The position numbers and the translations under genes are program-made. DNA of 64,000 nucleotides from NCBI GenBank assembly GCA_963834255.1, contig CAWIBC010000009.1:12924-76923 (forward strand). The letters run 5' to 3'. Below the pieces are notes generated by a model. That model had not been told where the DNA came from. It searched no databases and was given only the letters and a program-made list of their open reading frames with translations. The stretch is from an uncultured Verrucomicrobiae bacterium (GTDB lineage Bacteria; Verrucomicrobiota; Verrucomicrobiia; Chthoniobacterales; UBA10450). Below, one piece after another: positions 37,235-47,592 of the stretch; positions within the stretch are counted from its first letter, which is position 1; each line of letters starts with the position of its first letter.

Positions 37235-38326
37235 TTACGGTCCGACAACAAAGGGCTGAGGCGAAGTCCAAACGAAGGCGAGGTTGGCCAGCCGCTTGAT
37301 GATGATGGCGTGACCAGCAGGGAGCGGCGTCCCGCTGACATCGGTGCCGAGCGGGTTTGGCCCGGAGGTCGAGCGCCAACCGTCGCCACCGAAAACGCCG
37401 CCCACCTTGTAATAATAAGTGATGTATTGCGCTCCGTCGTAGATCAACACCTGGTCCGCGGTCGAGGCGCTGCCGCCCTGGAGCGACGTCGCGGGATGCG
37501 CGGGATCATACAGCCCGCTGTTCGCCAGCGTTGTGCCCGAAGCATACAGGTCGCCGGCAATGTTCAGCCCGGGAACGACGGCGCGCTGGGTGGCGCCGAG
37601 CTTAACCGCGCCGGGCAGGGTCAAAGACACCGCCGCGAAGAGCTTGCGGCGAACAATCAGCCCGTCGGTAATGCGGAGGACGGTATTGGAAACATCGGTT
37701 GCGAGCGGATTCGGCCCGGAAGTCGAGCGCCAGCCGTCGCCGCCGAAAACTCCGCCCACCTTGTAATAATAAGTGGTGTATTGCTGGGTCAAAGGATCAT
37801 AGGCCAGCACTTCATCGGCCGTGCTCGCGCTCCCCGGGCCGAGGATGACCTGGTTGCTGGTGTTCGCGTTCGGTCCGAACACGCTGAGCAGGGTCCAATG
37901 TTTGCGAATCCGGAACGATTCCCCGCCGGCCAACTGCGCGCTCAAATCGTCCGCCGTCGTGATCGAGCTGGTGGAAGTGGCGGTGATGTCACTCAGAAGC
38001 CCGGCCGCGGTCCCGGACGTAATCTCAACGAAGTGCGCTCCACTGGCGCCGTTGAATTGATCGACCGTAAATGTCCCGCTGGTGGGGATAAGCATCTTCG
38101 TCCCGCCATTGTAGGTGCTGATCGTGCTCTGGAAGGCGACCGGCTGCGTGGTGGAAAGACCGACGAAGGTCAGCGCGCTGCTTGAAGCGCCATTGGTTCC
38201 GTTGATCGTCGTATTGACGAAGCCGACCGGGTCGGTGACGACGTTGGCCTCGGTAAAGGAAGCCGAAAGAAGAGCGGTAGAGGCGCAGAGTACGGCCAGA
38301 CTTTTACGAAAATGAGAGAATAACAT
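37235..38326 (-). CDS. secreted protein with an internal ~120-aa duplication
   Basis: Signal peptide MLFSHFRKSLAVLCASTALLSASF. The motif STAD.VL.YD....Y.TYYYKVGGVFGGDGWRSTSGPNPL.TDVS occurs twice. Stop lies 2 nt before the next gene's start. Confidence 0.6.
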   Translation of the reverse strand: MLFSHFRKSLAVLCASTALLSASFTEANVVTDPVGFVNTTINGTNGASSSALTFVGLSTTQPVAFQSTISTYNGGTKMLIPTSGTFTVDQFNGASGAHFVEITSGTAAGLLSDITATSTSSITTADDLSAQLAGGESFRIRKHWTLLSVFGPNANTSNQVILGPGSASTADEVLAYDPLTQQYTTYYYKVGGVFGGDGWRSTSGPNPLATDVSNTVLRITDGLIVRRKLFAAVSLTLPGAVKLGATQRAVVPGLNIAGDLYASGTTLANSGLYDPAHPATSLQGGSASTADQVLIYDGAQYITYYYKVGGVFGGDGWRSTSGPNPLGTDVSGTPLPAGHAIIIKRLANLAFVWTSPQPFVVGP

Positions 38327-38537
38327 GCGACTGCGGACGAGTTGGCCCCTCAAAGGCAGCCGTGATTATTGTCTATCCGGAATTGGCCGGAATTCTTAGC
38401 GGATGGGCTCGCCCGCTGCAAGCTTATTCTCTGGACTTTGCGGGTTAACCGTTAATCCCTTTTCCAAACCGCGCGCCCGCGCTCTTTTCGCCGAGGCGCG
38501 GCGCGCTAAACGTCCGCGACTCAACGTTTTCGTTCTC

Positions 38538-40115
38538 TTACGAAAGCTCGGCGCCGGTGTTCGCGTCGGTGACGAGAAATTTCTCGTGGTGAAACGTCGG
38601 ATCGGCCCGGAACATGAGCCGGCCGGCGTAGCGCCGTTCCAATTCGACGAGCAATTCTTCATCCTCTTCTTTCAAACGCTTCAGCACGTCCGGATTCAGA
38701 ATGACGCGAATGTCGTGAATCGTGTCCTGGTATTTGCGCATGACGGCGTTGAGGGCACGATGCACTTCCACGCTCGTGCTCATGGTCGTCTTCACCACCC
38801 CGCGGCCTTCGCAGTAGGGACAGTTTTGATAAAGCGAATCGCTCAGGCTTTCCTGCGCCCGCTGCCGCGTCATCTCCATCAGGCCTAACGACGAGAGCGG
38901 CAGGACGTGCGTCTTGGCCTTGTCCCGCTTCAGGCGCTCGCGCATCCGGTTGTAAACCATCTGCTGGTCCTTGCGGTTCTTCATGTCGATGAAATCGCCG
39001 ATGATGAGGCCGCCGATGTTGCGCAAACGCAACTGGCGCGCGATTTCGTCGGCCGCTTCGAGGTTGGTTTGGAGGATGGTTTTTTCGACGTCGCGTCCGC
39101 CCTTGTTCCGGCCGGTGTTCACGTCGACCGCGACGAGCGCTTCGGTTTCATCGATGACAATGTAGCCGCCGCACTTCAGCCAGACCTGGCGATGGAAGGC
39201 GTCGTCGATCTGTTTCTGCACCCCGAAGGTCTCAAAGATCGGCGCGTTGCTGTCGTAAAACTTGATCCGGCTTTTGGCCCGGCGCGAAATTTCGCCGACC
39301 ATATCGGCCATCCGCTCGACCGCGCCGTGATCGTCGCAGACCACTTCGTCAATTTCGTCGGTCAGAAAATCGCGCACCGTGCGGTCGACCAGGTCGGGTT
39401 CCTCGAAAACGCGGGCCGGCGCCGGCAGACTCTCGATCTGCTGCTCGATCTTGGACCATTGCTCGAGGAGGAAGGAAAGATCGCGGACGAAATAGCGGGC
39501 GCGCTGTCCCTCGCCCACGGTCCGGATGATGACGCCGATGCCGTCCGGGATGTCGAGTTCGCGCAGAATTTTGCGCAGTCGCGCGCGCTCTTTCGGGTCT
39601 TCGATCTTGCGCGAGATGCCGCTGCGTTCGCTGAAGGGCATGAGCACGAGATAGCGGCCGGCGAAACTGAGGTTGGTCGAAACGCGCGGGCCTTTCGTGC
39701 CGATCGGGCCTTTCGTCACCTGCACGATCACTTCCGAACCGACGGGATAAATGCTCGGAATGTCTTTCGCGGTGAGGCGCTTTTTCGGGTTCTTCCGGTT
39801 CCCGCGCTCGGGGCGTTCGATTTCCTCGATGCCGCTGTCGAGCGCGGCCGGGATGGCGTCCCAGAAATGGAGGAAAGCGTTTTTTTCCAGGCCGATGTCG
39901 ACAAACATCGCTTTCAAACCGGGCTCGATGTTCTTCACCCGGCCCTTGTAAACGCTGCCCGCGATGTTGCGGGAACCGTCGCGCTCGACGCTATATTCCT
40001 CGAGCTGCCCGTCCTCGAGGAGGGCGACCCGGCGTTCGAGTTTTTCGACGCTGATAACGATTTTGTTGCCGGTCTTGCGACGCAGGCCAAGAATTCTTTT
40101 CACTTGTTCGATCAT
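38538..40115 (-). CDS. rng: ribonuclease G/E family endoribonuclease
   Basis: S1 domain GSVYKGRVKNIEPGLKAMFVDIG. Catalytic region GGYIVIDETEALVAVDVNTG. CPYCEGRG zinc link. 525 aa suggests RNase G. Confidence 0.85.
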   Translation of the reverse strand: MIEQVKRILGLRRKTGNKIVISVEKLERRVALLEDGQLEEYSVERDGSRNIAGSVYKGRVKNIEPGLKAMFVDIGLEKNAFLHFWDAIPAALDSGIEEIERPERGNRKNPKKRLTAKDIPSIYPVGSEVIVQVTKGPIGTKGPRVSTNLSFAGRYLVLMPFSERSGISRKIEDPKERARLRKILRELDIPDGIGVIIRTVGEGQRARYFVRDLSFLLEQWSKIEQQIESLPAPARVFEEPDLVDRTVRDFLTDEIDEVVCDDHGAVERMADMVGEISRRAKSRIKFYDSNAPIFETFGVQKQIDDAFHRQVWLKCGGYIVIDETEALVAVDVNTGRNKGGRDVEKTILQTNLEAADEIARQLRLRNIGGLIIGDFIDMKNRKDQQMVYNRMRERLKRDKAKTHVLPLSSLGLMEMTRQRAQESLSDSLYQNCPYCEGRGVVKTTMSTSVEVHRALNAVMRKYQDTIHDIRVILNPDVLKRLKEEDEELLVELERRYAGRLMFRADPTFHHEKFLVTDANTGAELS

Positions 40116-40178
40116 AGTGCTGCAAATTTTTCGAAGTCATCGCGGTTATCCGTGGCTGAGCTTCCATTGGTTAATTGA

Positions 40179-42467
40179 CTAAAAAGCCGGCCGCTCGCGC
40201 CTCGATTTCGGAGGCGGCGTGGGTGCGGCGGGACGCGGACGGGTATTGAACATCCGCTCAAAGAAATTGCGAGGGCGTTCCCTCGGCGGTGGGTTGTTGA
40301 CCGGCTGGGCGCGCAGGGCGCGGCGGACGCGGGGCGCGTTCTTCACCTGGCCGCGGGCGTCGGCTTCGGGCTCGACATCCGGCGCGGCCTCGGCCCCGGA
40401 AAGCTGGGCCGCACTGCTTTGCGCATCGGGAGAATTGGTTTCGTCGGCGGCTACCAGGAGCGCCGGTCCTTCATCGGCGAAAGCCACCGCGTCGAGGAAC
40501 TGGAAGGGATCCTTTTTTCGCGCCGGTTCAAGCCAGGCGAGTTGGGCGTCGAAGGTTCCGTTCTCCAGGGCAAAGGCTCGTTCCAAGATGCGATGCGCGA
40601 TGGGCGCGGCCACAGCACCACCGCCTTTCCCGCCCTGGACCATCACGGCCACGGCATAACGGGGATTCTCGTAGGGCGCAAAACAGCCAAACCAGGCAAT
40701 GGTATCGCTCTTCCCATCCGTCATCGCCTGCGCCGAGCCGGTCTTGCCCGCGACCCGGATCCCTGGGAGGCGGGCCTTGCTGCCGGTGCCGCCGGGTTCG
40801 TTCACCACTTTCCAGAGTCCCTGGCGGGCGAGTTCGATCTGTTCCGGCCGGAAATCGACCCGCAGATCGCCGCGCACCTGTTTCTCCTGCGGAATGACCG
40901 GCTGGCCGTTCTCGTTCAAAACGGGCCGATTGGCGGCGTCGACGACGTTCTTGACCAGCCGGGGCTGATAAGCGACGCCGCCGTTGGCGAGCGCGGCGTA
41001 GACCATCGCGAGCTGGAGCGGGCTGACCAGATCGTAGCCCTGGCCAATGGAGACGTTAGCCGTGTAGGCGGAACTCCAGCGTTCGTTAGGGTAATGGATC
41101 CGCATCCATTCCGGGCCGGGCAGAACGCCGGGTTGCTCGCCGGTGATTTCCACGCCGGTCGCCTTCCCCAGGCCGAGCGTCTCGCCGGTGTCGACGATGG
41201 CGTTGATGCCGGCCGCGTTGCCCATCTGGTAAAAATAGGAATTGCAGGAAACCTTGATCGCTTCCTCGAGCCCGACCACCCCGTGGGTGCGGCCTTTCTC
41301 CGCGATGTGGCAGCGAAAAAAGTGATCGCCGTAGCCGACCCCGCCACCGCAATTGTAACGCGCACCCGAGAGCCCTTTGCGCAGCCCGGCCAGCGCCGTC
41401 ACCAGCTTGAAGGTCGAACCCGGGGGAAAAGCGCTGACCGCGCGGTTGATCAGCGGGTGGGCCTTCTCCTGGCGCAGCTCCGCCCAGTCTTTGGCCTTGA
41501 TGCTGGGAATGAAAGCATTCGGATTAAAAGAGGGAACCGAAGCCATCGCGAGGATGTCGCCGCTGTTGGGATCGACCACCACGACGGCGCCGCGCCCGAC
41601 GGCGCGGAGCGCCTCCTCCGCGATCATCTGGATCCGGGCATCGAGGGTGAGAATGACATTGCCGCCGACCTTCGGCGGTTCCTCGCGCACTACACCGTCG
41701 ATCGCGCCCTTGGCATTGCGCCGCATGACCCGGATGCCGGGCTGGCCGCGCAGATATTCGTCCATCGTTTTCTCGATGTTCGATTTCCCTTCCACGTCGC
41801 CCTGGAAAAAGGTGAATTTACGCGCCTCTTCCCGATTGGTTTCATCCGGCGCGCCGACATAGCCTAACAAGTGGGCGGCGAGCGCCCCGTAAACGTAGGA
41901 ACGGACCGGCTTGATCGCGATATCGACTCCGGGCAGGCCGACATCGTGCTCGGAAAATTTCGCCATCGTCGCGAAATCGATGTCCTTGATATAGGAATAC
42001 GGCACTTCGGTGTTGTTGCGGTAATGGCGCTGGAGCTGGTTGGCGTTGTAATCCCGCGCCAGGTCCAGGTCCTCCAGTCGCGGCACGATGCCGTCGTTCA
42101 CGATCCGGACGATGTCCGGTTCCTTCATGTCTTTCGGCATGCCGCTGATGGTGGCGCGGTATTGCGTCTCGGGCGGGCGGCCGTAGCGCTGGCGATAGCC
42201 CTTCACCATTTCCGGCAAATAAAAATCGACTTCGTAGCTGGCGCGATTTTGCACCAGGGCAACGCCGTTGCGGTCGCGGATTTCTCCACGGATCGACGGA
42301 ATGCGGACCGTCGCCTCCGAGCTGCCCTGGACCCTTGCGGTCCATTCCTTGCCCCGCGCCACCTGCACCCACCAGAGACGAGCGACGATCGCGGCCAGCC
42401 CGAGGAGCATGAGAAGCCCGAGAAACTGGATGCGGAAGATCGGTCTAACGCGACGCGAATTCATCAA
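40179..42467 (-). CDS. mrdA: penicillin-binding protein 2 (elongasome transpeptidase) with a long Pro/Ala-rich C-terminal tail
   Basis: TM anchor. Motifs PPGSTFKLVT (SxxK), SCNSYF (SxN) and AGKTGSAQ (KTG). Located downstream of mreBCD. Confidence 0.9.
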   Translation of the reverse strand: MMNSRRVRPIFRIQFLGLLMLLGLAAIVARLWWVQVARGKEWTARVQGSSEATVRIPSIRGEIRDRNGVALVQNRASYEVDFYLPEMVKGYRQRYGRPPETQYRATISGMPKDMKEPDIVRIVNDGIVPRLEDLDLARDYNANQLQRHYRNNTEVPYSYIKDIDFATMAKFSEHDVGLPGVDIAIKPVRSYVYGALAAHLLGYVGAPDETNREEARKFTFFQGDVEGKSNIEKTMDEYLRGQPGIRVMRRNAKGAIDGVVREEPPKVGGNVILTLDARIQMIAEEALRAVGRGAVVVVDPNSGDILAMASVPSFNPNAFIPSIKAKDWAELRQEKAHPLINRAVSAFPPGSTFKLVTALAGLRKGLSGARYNCGGGVGYGDHFFRCHIAEKGRTHGVVGLEEAIKVSCNSYFYQMGNAAGINAIVDTGETLGLGKATGVEITGEQPGVLPGPEWMRIHYPNERWSSAYTANVSIGQGYDLVSPLQLAMVYAALANGGVAYQPRLVKNVVDAANRPVLNENGQPVIPQEKQVRGDLRVDFRPEQIELARQGLWKVVNEPGGTGSKARLPGIRVAGKTGSAQAMTDGKSDTIAWFGCFAPYENPRYAVAVMVQGGKGGGAVAAPIAHRILERAFALENGTFDAQLAWLEPARKKDPFQFLDAVAFADEGPALLVAADETNSPDAQSSAAQLSGAEAAPDVEPEADARGQVKNAPRVRRALRAQPVNNPPPRERPRNFFERMFNTRPRPAAPTPPPKSRRERPAF

Positions 42468-43002
42468 ACCTTTCTGACTCCTCAAGATAAGGATTGTTCA
42501 CCAGCCGACCCACCCAATGGAGCGACCAGAAGACGAGCGGCGCCATCAGCATCGCGAGCAGACCCGGCCCGCCGATCTGCCACCAGACCTCGCGGTCGAA
42601 GAAAATGGAGCCGCGGCGAAAAGAAATCATCAGATATTGGGAGAGGAGAATAAGCGACGTGCAGACGCCGCTAAGAACACAATGTACTTCCCAGCGACCC
42701 CGGTTAAACAAGGGCTTGAGACCGTGCATGATGGCGGCGAGCACCGCGTAGAGGAGTATCGACCATCCGAAGGAGATTTCAACACTCGTGTCGAGCACCT
42801 GGACGGTCATTGCATCCCATAAAAAGCCCGCGATGAAGGCGAGACAGAGCATGAGCGGGAACGGCAGCGCCATCGCGCCGTAAAAAACGATCACCGGCAC
42901 GATGTAAACGTGGGCGTTAAACATCCAGTCGAGCGGCGGAATGAAAATCTCGATGATCTGCGCGACGACGACGAGCGCGGCCAGGATGAGAAAGAAGATC
43001 AT
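42445..43002 (-). CDS. mreD: rod shape-determining protein MreD
   Basis: 185 aa, 5 TM helices. Positioned between mreC and mrdA. Confidence 0.75.
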   Translation of the reverse strand: MIFFLILAALVVVAQIIEIFIPPLDWMFNAHVYIVPVIVFYGAMALPFPLMLCLAFIAGFLWDAMTVQVLDTSVEISFGWSILLYAVLAAIMHGLKPLFNRGRWEVHCVLSGVCTSLILLSQYLMISFRRGSIFFDREVWWQIGGPGLLAMLMAPLVFWSLHWVGRLVNNPYLEESERFDEFASR

Positions 43003-43006
43003 CGCG

Positions 43007-43810
43007 CTACTTCCTCCCGATCACGACGAAGACGTCCTCGAGTTTCGCGAGGTCGACGGCGGGCGTGAGCGTGGCCTGGCTGTCGAGCGCGCGCACCTGG
43101 AAACGCTTGATCGTTCCGACAAAAAGTCCGGACGGAAAAACACCGCCGACGCCTGAGGTGTAAACTTTCTGGCCTTCCTTCAGCTCGGCCTGTTTCGAAA
43201 GATAATTGAGGTCGAGCATGGGCGAGAGGCTGCCCGCGACGCGCTCGCCCGTGACGATCCCCTGCTCGCGCGTCCCCTCGACACTGGCGGCGACGCGGCA
43301 GTTTTCATCCGAGATGAGGAGGACGACGGAAATGTTTTCGCTCACCGTGGTGGTGCGGCCGACGAGGCCTTCGTCGGTCAGGACCGGCATTTCGGGCGCG
43401 AGACCGTCGACCGAGCCGCGGTTGATCGTGACCGTGCGCCACCAGGTCGAGGAATCGCGCGAGACAACCTCCGCCGGGACGAGACGAAAGAGCGAGCGCT
43501 CGCGATAATTGAGCGCGTGCCGGAGACGATTGACTTCGTGTTCGACATCGCGCAGTGCTTCGTTGGTCGCCTTGAGCGAGCGATTTTCCACCTTCAGGAC
43601 GGAGTTTTCGCGTTCCAGGACCTCGAGCGATTTCAGGCCGGCGCGCACTGAGGTGATCTGCCGCTCCAGACCCGAGCCCGTTTTCAGAAAGGGCGAGATC
43701 GCCTGGAAAAAAGTCGCCTGAATTTTCCGCGTCGCCTGCGGCCCGAGACTGAAAAGGCCAAGCAGCGCGGCGGCGAAAAGAACGATCGCGACAATGCTGC
43801 TGCGATTCAT
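43007..43810 (-). CDS. mreC: rod shape-determining protein MreC
   Basis: N-terminal TM helix, coiled coil (LERENSVLKVENRSLKATNEALR), and C-terminal beta domains with GLVGRT...VYTSG.GGVFP.GL.VG. Confidence 0.85.
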   Translation of the reverse strand: MNRSSIVAIVLFAAALLGLFSLGPQATRKIQATFFQAISPFLKTGSGLERQITSVRAGLKSLEVLERENSVLKVENRSLKATNEALRDVEHEVNRLRHALNYRERSLFRLVPAEVVSRDSSTWWRTVTINRGSVDGLAPEMPVLTDEGLVGRTTTVSENISVVLLISDENCRVAASVEGTREQGIVTGERVAGSLSPMLDLNYLSKQAELKEGQKVYTSGVGGVFPSGLFVGTIKRFQVRALDSQATLTPAVDLAKLEDVFVVIGRK

Positions 43811-43892
43811 GCCGTTTCCGTTTTCAAATTTTCGATCTCAGATTTCACCGTGCGGCCAATCTGCAATCTGCAATTTGAAACTCTGCCATCCC

Positions 43893-44933
43893 TCACTGCC
43901 GCCACTGCCGATCGGCGGTCGCGACCTGGCGGAGAAACTTGATTTCGTTCAGACATTTGCCCGTGCCCTCGGCCACCGCGCTCAACGGATCTTCCGCCAC
44001 ATGCACCGGCAAACCGGTCTCTTCGCTCAGAAGCCGATCGAAGCCGCGCAGAAGCGCGCCGCCCCCGGCCAGGACCAGCCCGCGGTCGACCAGGTCGGCC
44101 GATAATTCCGGCGGGCAACGCTCGAGCGTGATCCGGACCGAATCGACGATGGTCGAGATCGGTTCGAGCAAAGCTTCCCGCACTTCCTGCGAGGTGATGG
44201 TGAGGGTTTTGGGCAGGCCGGCCACGAGATCGCGGCCTTTCACTTCGACGCTGGTTTCTTTTTCGCTCGGGTAGGCCGAGCCAATTTTGATTTTGATTTC
44301 CTCTGCCGTGCGCTCCCCGATCATCAGGTTGTAGGCGCGCTTCATGTACTGGACGATCGCTTCGTCGAGCTCATCGCCCGCCACCCGCACGCTGCGGCTG
44401 AAGACAATCCCAGAAAGCGAAATCAGCGCGACCTCAGTCGTGCCGCCGCCGATGTCGATGATCATGTTGCCGGCCGGATCCTGCACCGGCAGGCCGACCC
44501 CGATCGCGGCCGCCATCGGTTCCTCGATCAAATAAACTTCGCGGGCACCGGCGTGAGTGGCGGACTCGCGGACGGCGCGTTTTTCCACTTCGGTAATTCC
44601 AGAAGGGACCGCGATCACGACCCGGGGCCGGGCGCGGACGCGGCTGTTGTGCACCTTGGTAATAAAATGGCGCAGCATCGCCTCGGTCACCTCGAAGTCG
44701 GCGATAACGCCATCCTTCAGCGGCCTAACGGCCACGATATTGGCCGGCGTACGACCGAGCATGCGCTTCGCCTCGTCACCGACCGCGAGCACCTTGGAAG
44801 TGCCGGCCTGGACTGCCACGACTGAAGGTTCGCGCAGGACGATGCCCTGATCCTTGACGTAAACGAGCGTGTTAGCGGTCCCGAGATCAATCCCGATATC
44901 GCTGGAGAACCATCCGAAAAGTCTATTTAACAT
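43893..44933 (-). CDS. mreB: rod shape-determining protein MreB (actin homolog)
   Basis: [28 protein letters not shown] and [11 protein letters not shown] motifs. Confidence 0.95.
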   Translation of the reverse strand: MLNRLFGWFSSDIGIDLGTANTLVYVKDQGIVLREPSVVAVQAGTSKVLAVGDEAKRMLGRTPANIVAVRPLKDGVIADFEVTEAMLRHFITKVHNSRVRARPRVVIAVPSGITEVEKRAVRESATHAGAREVYLIEEPMAAAIGVGLPVQDPAGNMIIDIGGGTTEVALISLSGIVFSRSVRVAGDELDEAIVQYMKRAYNLMIGERTAEEIKIKIGSAYPSEKETSVEVKGRDLVAGLPKTLTITSQEVREALLEPISTIVDSVRITLERCPPELSADLVDRGLVLAGGGALLRGFDRLLSEETGLPVHVAEDPLSAVAEGTGKCLNEIKFLRQVATADRQWRQ

Positions 44934-45131
44934 GTGAAAAGCCTTAGATTTGCGTCTACGCCGGCGGACCCACCGAAGCGAAAGCTATGCCGCACATCCG
45001 GGCAGGCGAAAAACCATGTATCTTGGAACGCCCCTCCCTCGCGTCAAGGGAAAGCTGGCCGCGGCCGGTGGAAACCCGGGCCGCTTTCAGGATTGAACCT
45101 TCCGCTTTGAACGTTCAACCTTCGGTTTTCC

Positions 45132-45797
45132 ATGACCGCGCACCGCATTTTGATCGCTCCTTCCATCCTCGCGGCCGATTTCGGCCACCTCGCTGAGGAC
45201 GTGGAACGCGTCGTCGCGGCTGGCGCCGACTGGCTCCATCTCGACATCATGGATGGCCAGTTCGTTGACAACATTTCCTTTGGCCCGGCAATCGTGAAAC
45301 TGGTCCGCGGCCTAACGAGTCTGCCGCTGGACGTTCATCTCATGATCGAGCGGGCCGATCATTACGTCCCGCGTTTTCTCGAAGCGGGCGCCAACTCGAT
45401 CACGGTTCATGTCGAACCGGAGGCCAAACACGATGTCTCGGCCACGCTCCGTCTCATTCGCGAGCATGGCTGTCGCGCCGGGCTGACCTTGAATCCCGCC
45501 ATGCCCTTCGCCGCGGTTGAGCCGCACTTGCACCATATCGACCTGCTTCTCGTGATGACCGTCCATCCCGGGTTCGGCGGCCAGTCGTTCCAGGGCGAAA
45601 TGATGGGCAAAGTGCGGCGCGCGCGCGAACTGCGCGACTCGTTAGGCTTGAATTACGAGATCGAGGTCGACGGCGGGATCACGGCCGAGACCGCGCCCGT
45701 TTCGATCGAGGCCGGGGCCAACGTCCTTGTTGCCGGCACCGCCATTTTCAAGAGCGCCGATTACGCAGAAGCCATTCGCACTCTGCGCGGCGGCTAG
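45132..45797 (+). CDS. rpe: ribulose-phosphate 3-epimerase
   Basis: IAPSILAADF, LHLDIMDG.FV.N..FG, MTV.PGFGGQ.F and EVDGGI motifs. Confidence 0.9.
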   Translation: MTAHRILIAPSILAADFGHLAEDVERVVAAGADWLHLDIMDGQFVDNISFGPAIVKLVRGLTSLPLDVHLMIERADHYVPRFLEAGANSITVHVEPEAKHDVSATLRLIREHGCRAGLTLNPAMPFAAVEPHLHHIDLLLVMTVHPGFGGQSFQGEMMGKVRRARELRDSLGLNYEIEVDGGITAETAPVSIEAGANVLVAGTAIFKSADYAEAIRTLRGG

Positions 45798-45831
45798 CGG
45801 CCGTCCGGTCCGCGCGCTCCTCCTTACCTTT

Positions 45832-47562
45832 ATGCACGAACTCATTCGCGACATCACGTTTAGTATTGCCGCCGCCTGGCTTCTCGGGCTGGTCGCGCAG
45901 CAATTTCGGCAGCCGATCCTGCTCGCTTATCTCATCGCGGGCTTTTTCCTCGGGCCGGCCGGCTCGGGCCTGATCGCCTCCGCCGACAGCATTTCCGCCA
46001 TCGCCGAGCTCGGGCTCATTTTTCTCCTCTTCATGATCGGGCTTGAGATCGATCTGAAAAAAATCGTCAGCGCGGGCCGCTCCATCACCCTGACCGCGCT
46101 CGTCCAGATCAGCGCCGGGGCCATCATTGGCATTTTCTTTTTCCGGCTCTGCGGTTTTGGCCTCGGCGGCGGCGAATGGGACGCGCTTTATCTCGGCGCG
46201 GCGGGCGCGCTCAGCAGCACGGTCATCATCGTCAAGGTGCTCTACGAAAAGCAGGAGCTCGACACTTTAACCGGGCGCATCACGCTCGGCGTGCTCGTGC
46301 TGCAGGATTTGGCGGCGATTCTTTTCCTCGCCGTCCAGCCGAACCTCGAGAATCTCGCGCCCAGCATCCTGCTCCTCTCGCTTGTCCGCGTCGTCCTGCT
46401 CGTGGCCGCGGCCCTGGTCGTTAGTCGTTATGTTCTGCCGGCGATTTTCCGGCGCGTCTCGCGCTCGCCCGAACTGGTCCAGGTCGGCGCGCTGGCCTGG
46501 TGTTTCCTCGTCGGCGAACTCGGCGAACGGCTCCATCTCTCGCGCGAAATGGGCGCGCTCATCGCCGGCGTGGCGCTCTCCACCTTCCCCTACGCCCTCG
46601 ATGTGACGGCGAAAGTGACGAGCCTGCGCGATTTTTTCCTCACTCTTTTCTTCGTCGGCCTCGGCATGCAGATCCCCTTCCCCTCGCCGATGCTGGTCGG
46701 TTGGGCGCTCGTCTTCGCCGCCTTCGTCCTGATCAGCCGCTACGTCACGGTGTTCGCGCCGCTCTATCTCATGCGGCAGGGGCTGAGGACCAGCATCATC
46801 CCCGCGATCAACCTCGGGCAGGTGAGCGAATTCTCGCTCGTCATCCTCGCCCTCGGCGCGCAGAGCAAACACTTCGCCCACCCCGCCACCACCGGGATGG
46901 TCGCGCTCGCTTTTACCCTCCTTGCGGCTGTTTCCACTTTCGGAATGTCGAAATCCGACAGCCTCGCCCGCGGCCTCATCCCCTGGTTTAAAAAACGCGG
47001 GCTGCGCGATCTCGATCACGTCTCCGACGACGCCCACGCCGAAGGCGGCGCGAGTCAGAGCAAGGCGCGGATTGTCTTCCTCGGCTTCTTTCGCACCGCC
47101 AGTTCGCTCCTCGAGGAAATGCAGCGGCACGCGCCGGACCTGATCGGCGACACCGCGGTGGTCGATTTCAGTCCGGTGGCGCGGGAAGGCCTGCTCCAGC
47201 GCAAGGTGCGGGTGATCTACGGCGACATCAGCCAGCGCGACACCCTGCACCACGCCGAGATCGAGCACGCCGAGGTGCTCATCTGCACCATCCCGGATTC
47301 GATCCTGAAAGGCACGACGAACGAACGGCTCGTCAGAATGCTGCGCAGCCTGAATCCAACCGCGCAGATCATCGCCACCGCTGAAGTGCTTTCCCAGGCC
47401 GACCCACTCATCGCGGCGGGCGCGAACTATGTCTCCTTCGCCCGTCTGCACGAGGCGACCGATTTGCTGGAAGCGGTGCGGGCGGCGACCGAGGGATTGT
47501 TAGGCGAGAAACGGAGCGAGGCCGAACGTGCCCTGCGCGACCGGGCGGAAGTGCTGGCGTGA
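45832..47562 (+). CDS. cation:proton antiporter (Kef/CPA2-like) with C-terminal RCK/TrkA-N domain
   Basis: ATG 45832. 12-13 TM helices with LGPAGSGLI and IAELGLIFLLFMIGLE. C-terminal IVFLGFFRT...VIYGDIS Rossmann-like domain. Confidence 0.8.
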   Translation: MHELIRDITFSIAAAWLLGLVAQQFRQPILLAYLIAGFFLGPAGSGLIASADSISAIAELGLIFLLFMIGLEIDLKKIVSAGRSITLTALVQISAGAIIGIFFFRLCGFGLGGGEWDALYLGAAGALSSTVIIVKVLYEKQELDTLTGRITLGVLVLQDLAAILFLAVQPNLENLAPSILLLSLVRVVLLVAAALVVSRYVLPAIFRRVSRSPELVQVGALAWCFLVGELGERLHLSREMGALIAGVALSTFPYALDVTAKVTSLRDFFLTLFFVGLGMQIPFPSPMLVGWALVFAAFVLISRYVTVFAPLYLMRQGLRTSIIPAINLGQVSEFSLVILALGAQSKHFAHPATTGMVALAFTLLAAVSTFGMSKSDSLARGLIPWFKKRGLRDLDHVSDDAHAEGGASQSKARIVFLGFFRTASSLLEEMQRHAPDLIGDTAVVDFSPVAREGLLQRKVRVIYGDISQRDTLHHAEIEHAEVLICTIPDSILKGTTNERLVRMLRSLNPTAQIIATAEVLSQADPLIAAGANYVSFARLHEATDLLEAVRAATEGLLGEKRSEAERALRDRAEVLA

Positions 47563-47592
47563 TCCACGTCGAGGCGTGAAATTCGTGCTGCG

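Noticed and set aside
38471-38506. GC-rich hairpin GCGCGCCCGCGC...GCGCGGCGCGC downstream of rng, as a possible intrinsic terminator.
   Set aside because: The stem is imperfect and no U-tract follows on the rng (minus) strand. It cannot be distinguished from chance GC-rich self-complementarity.
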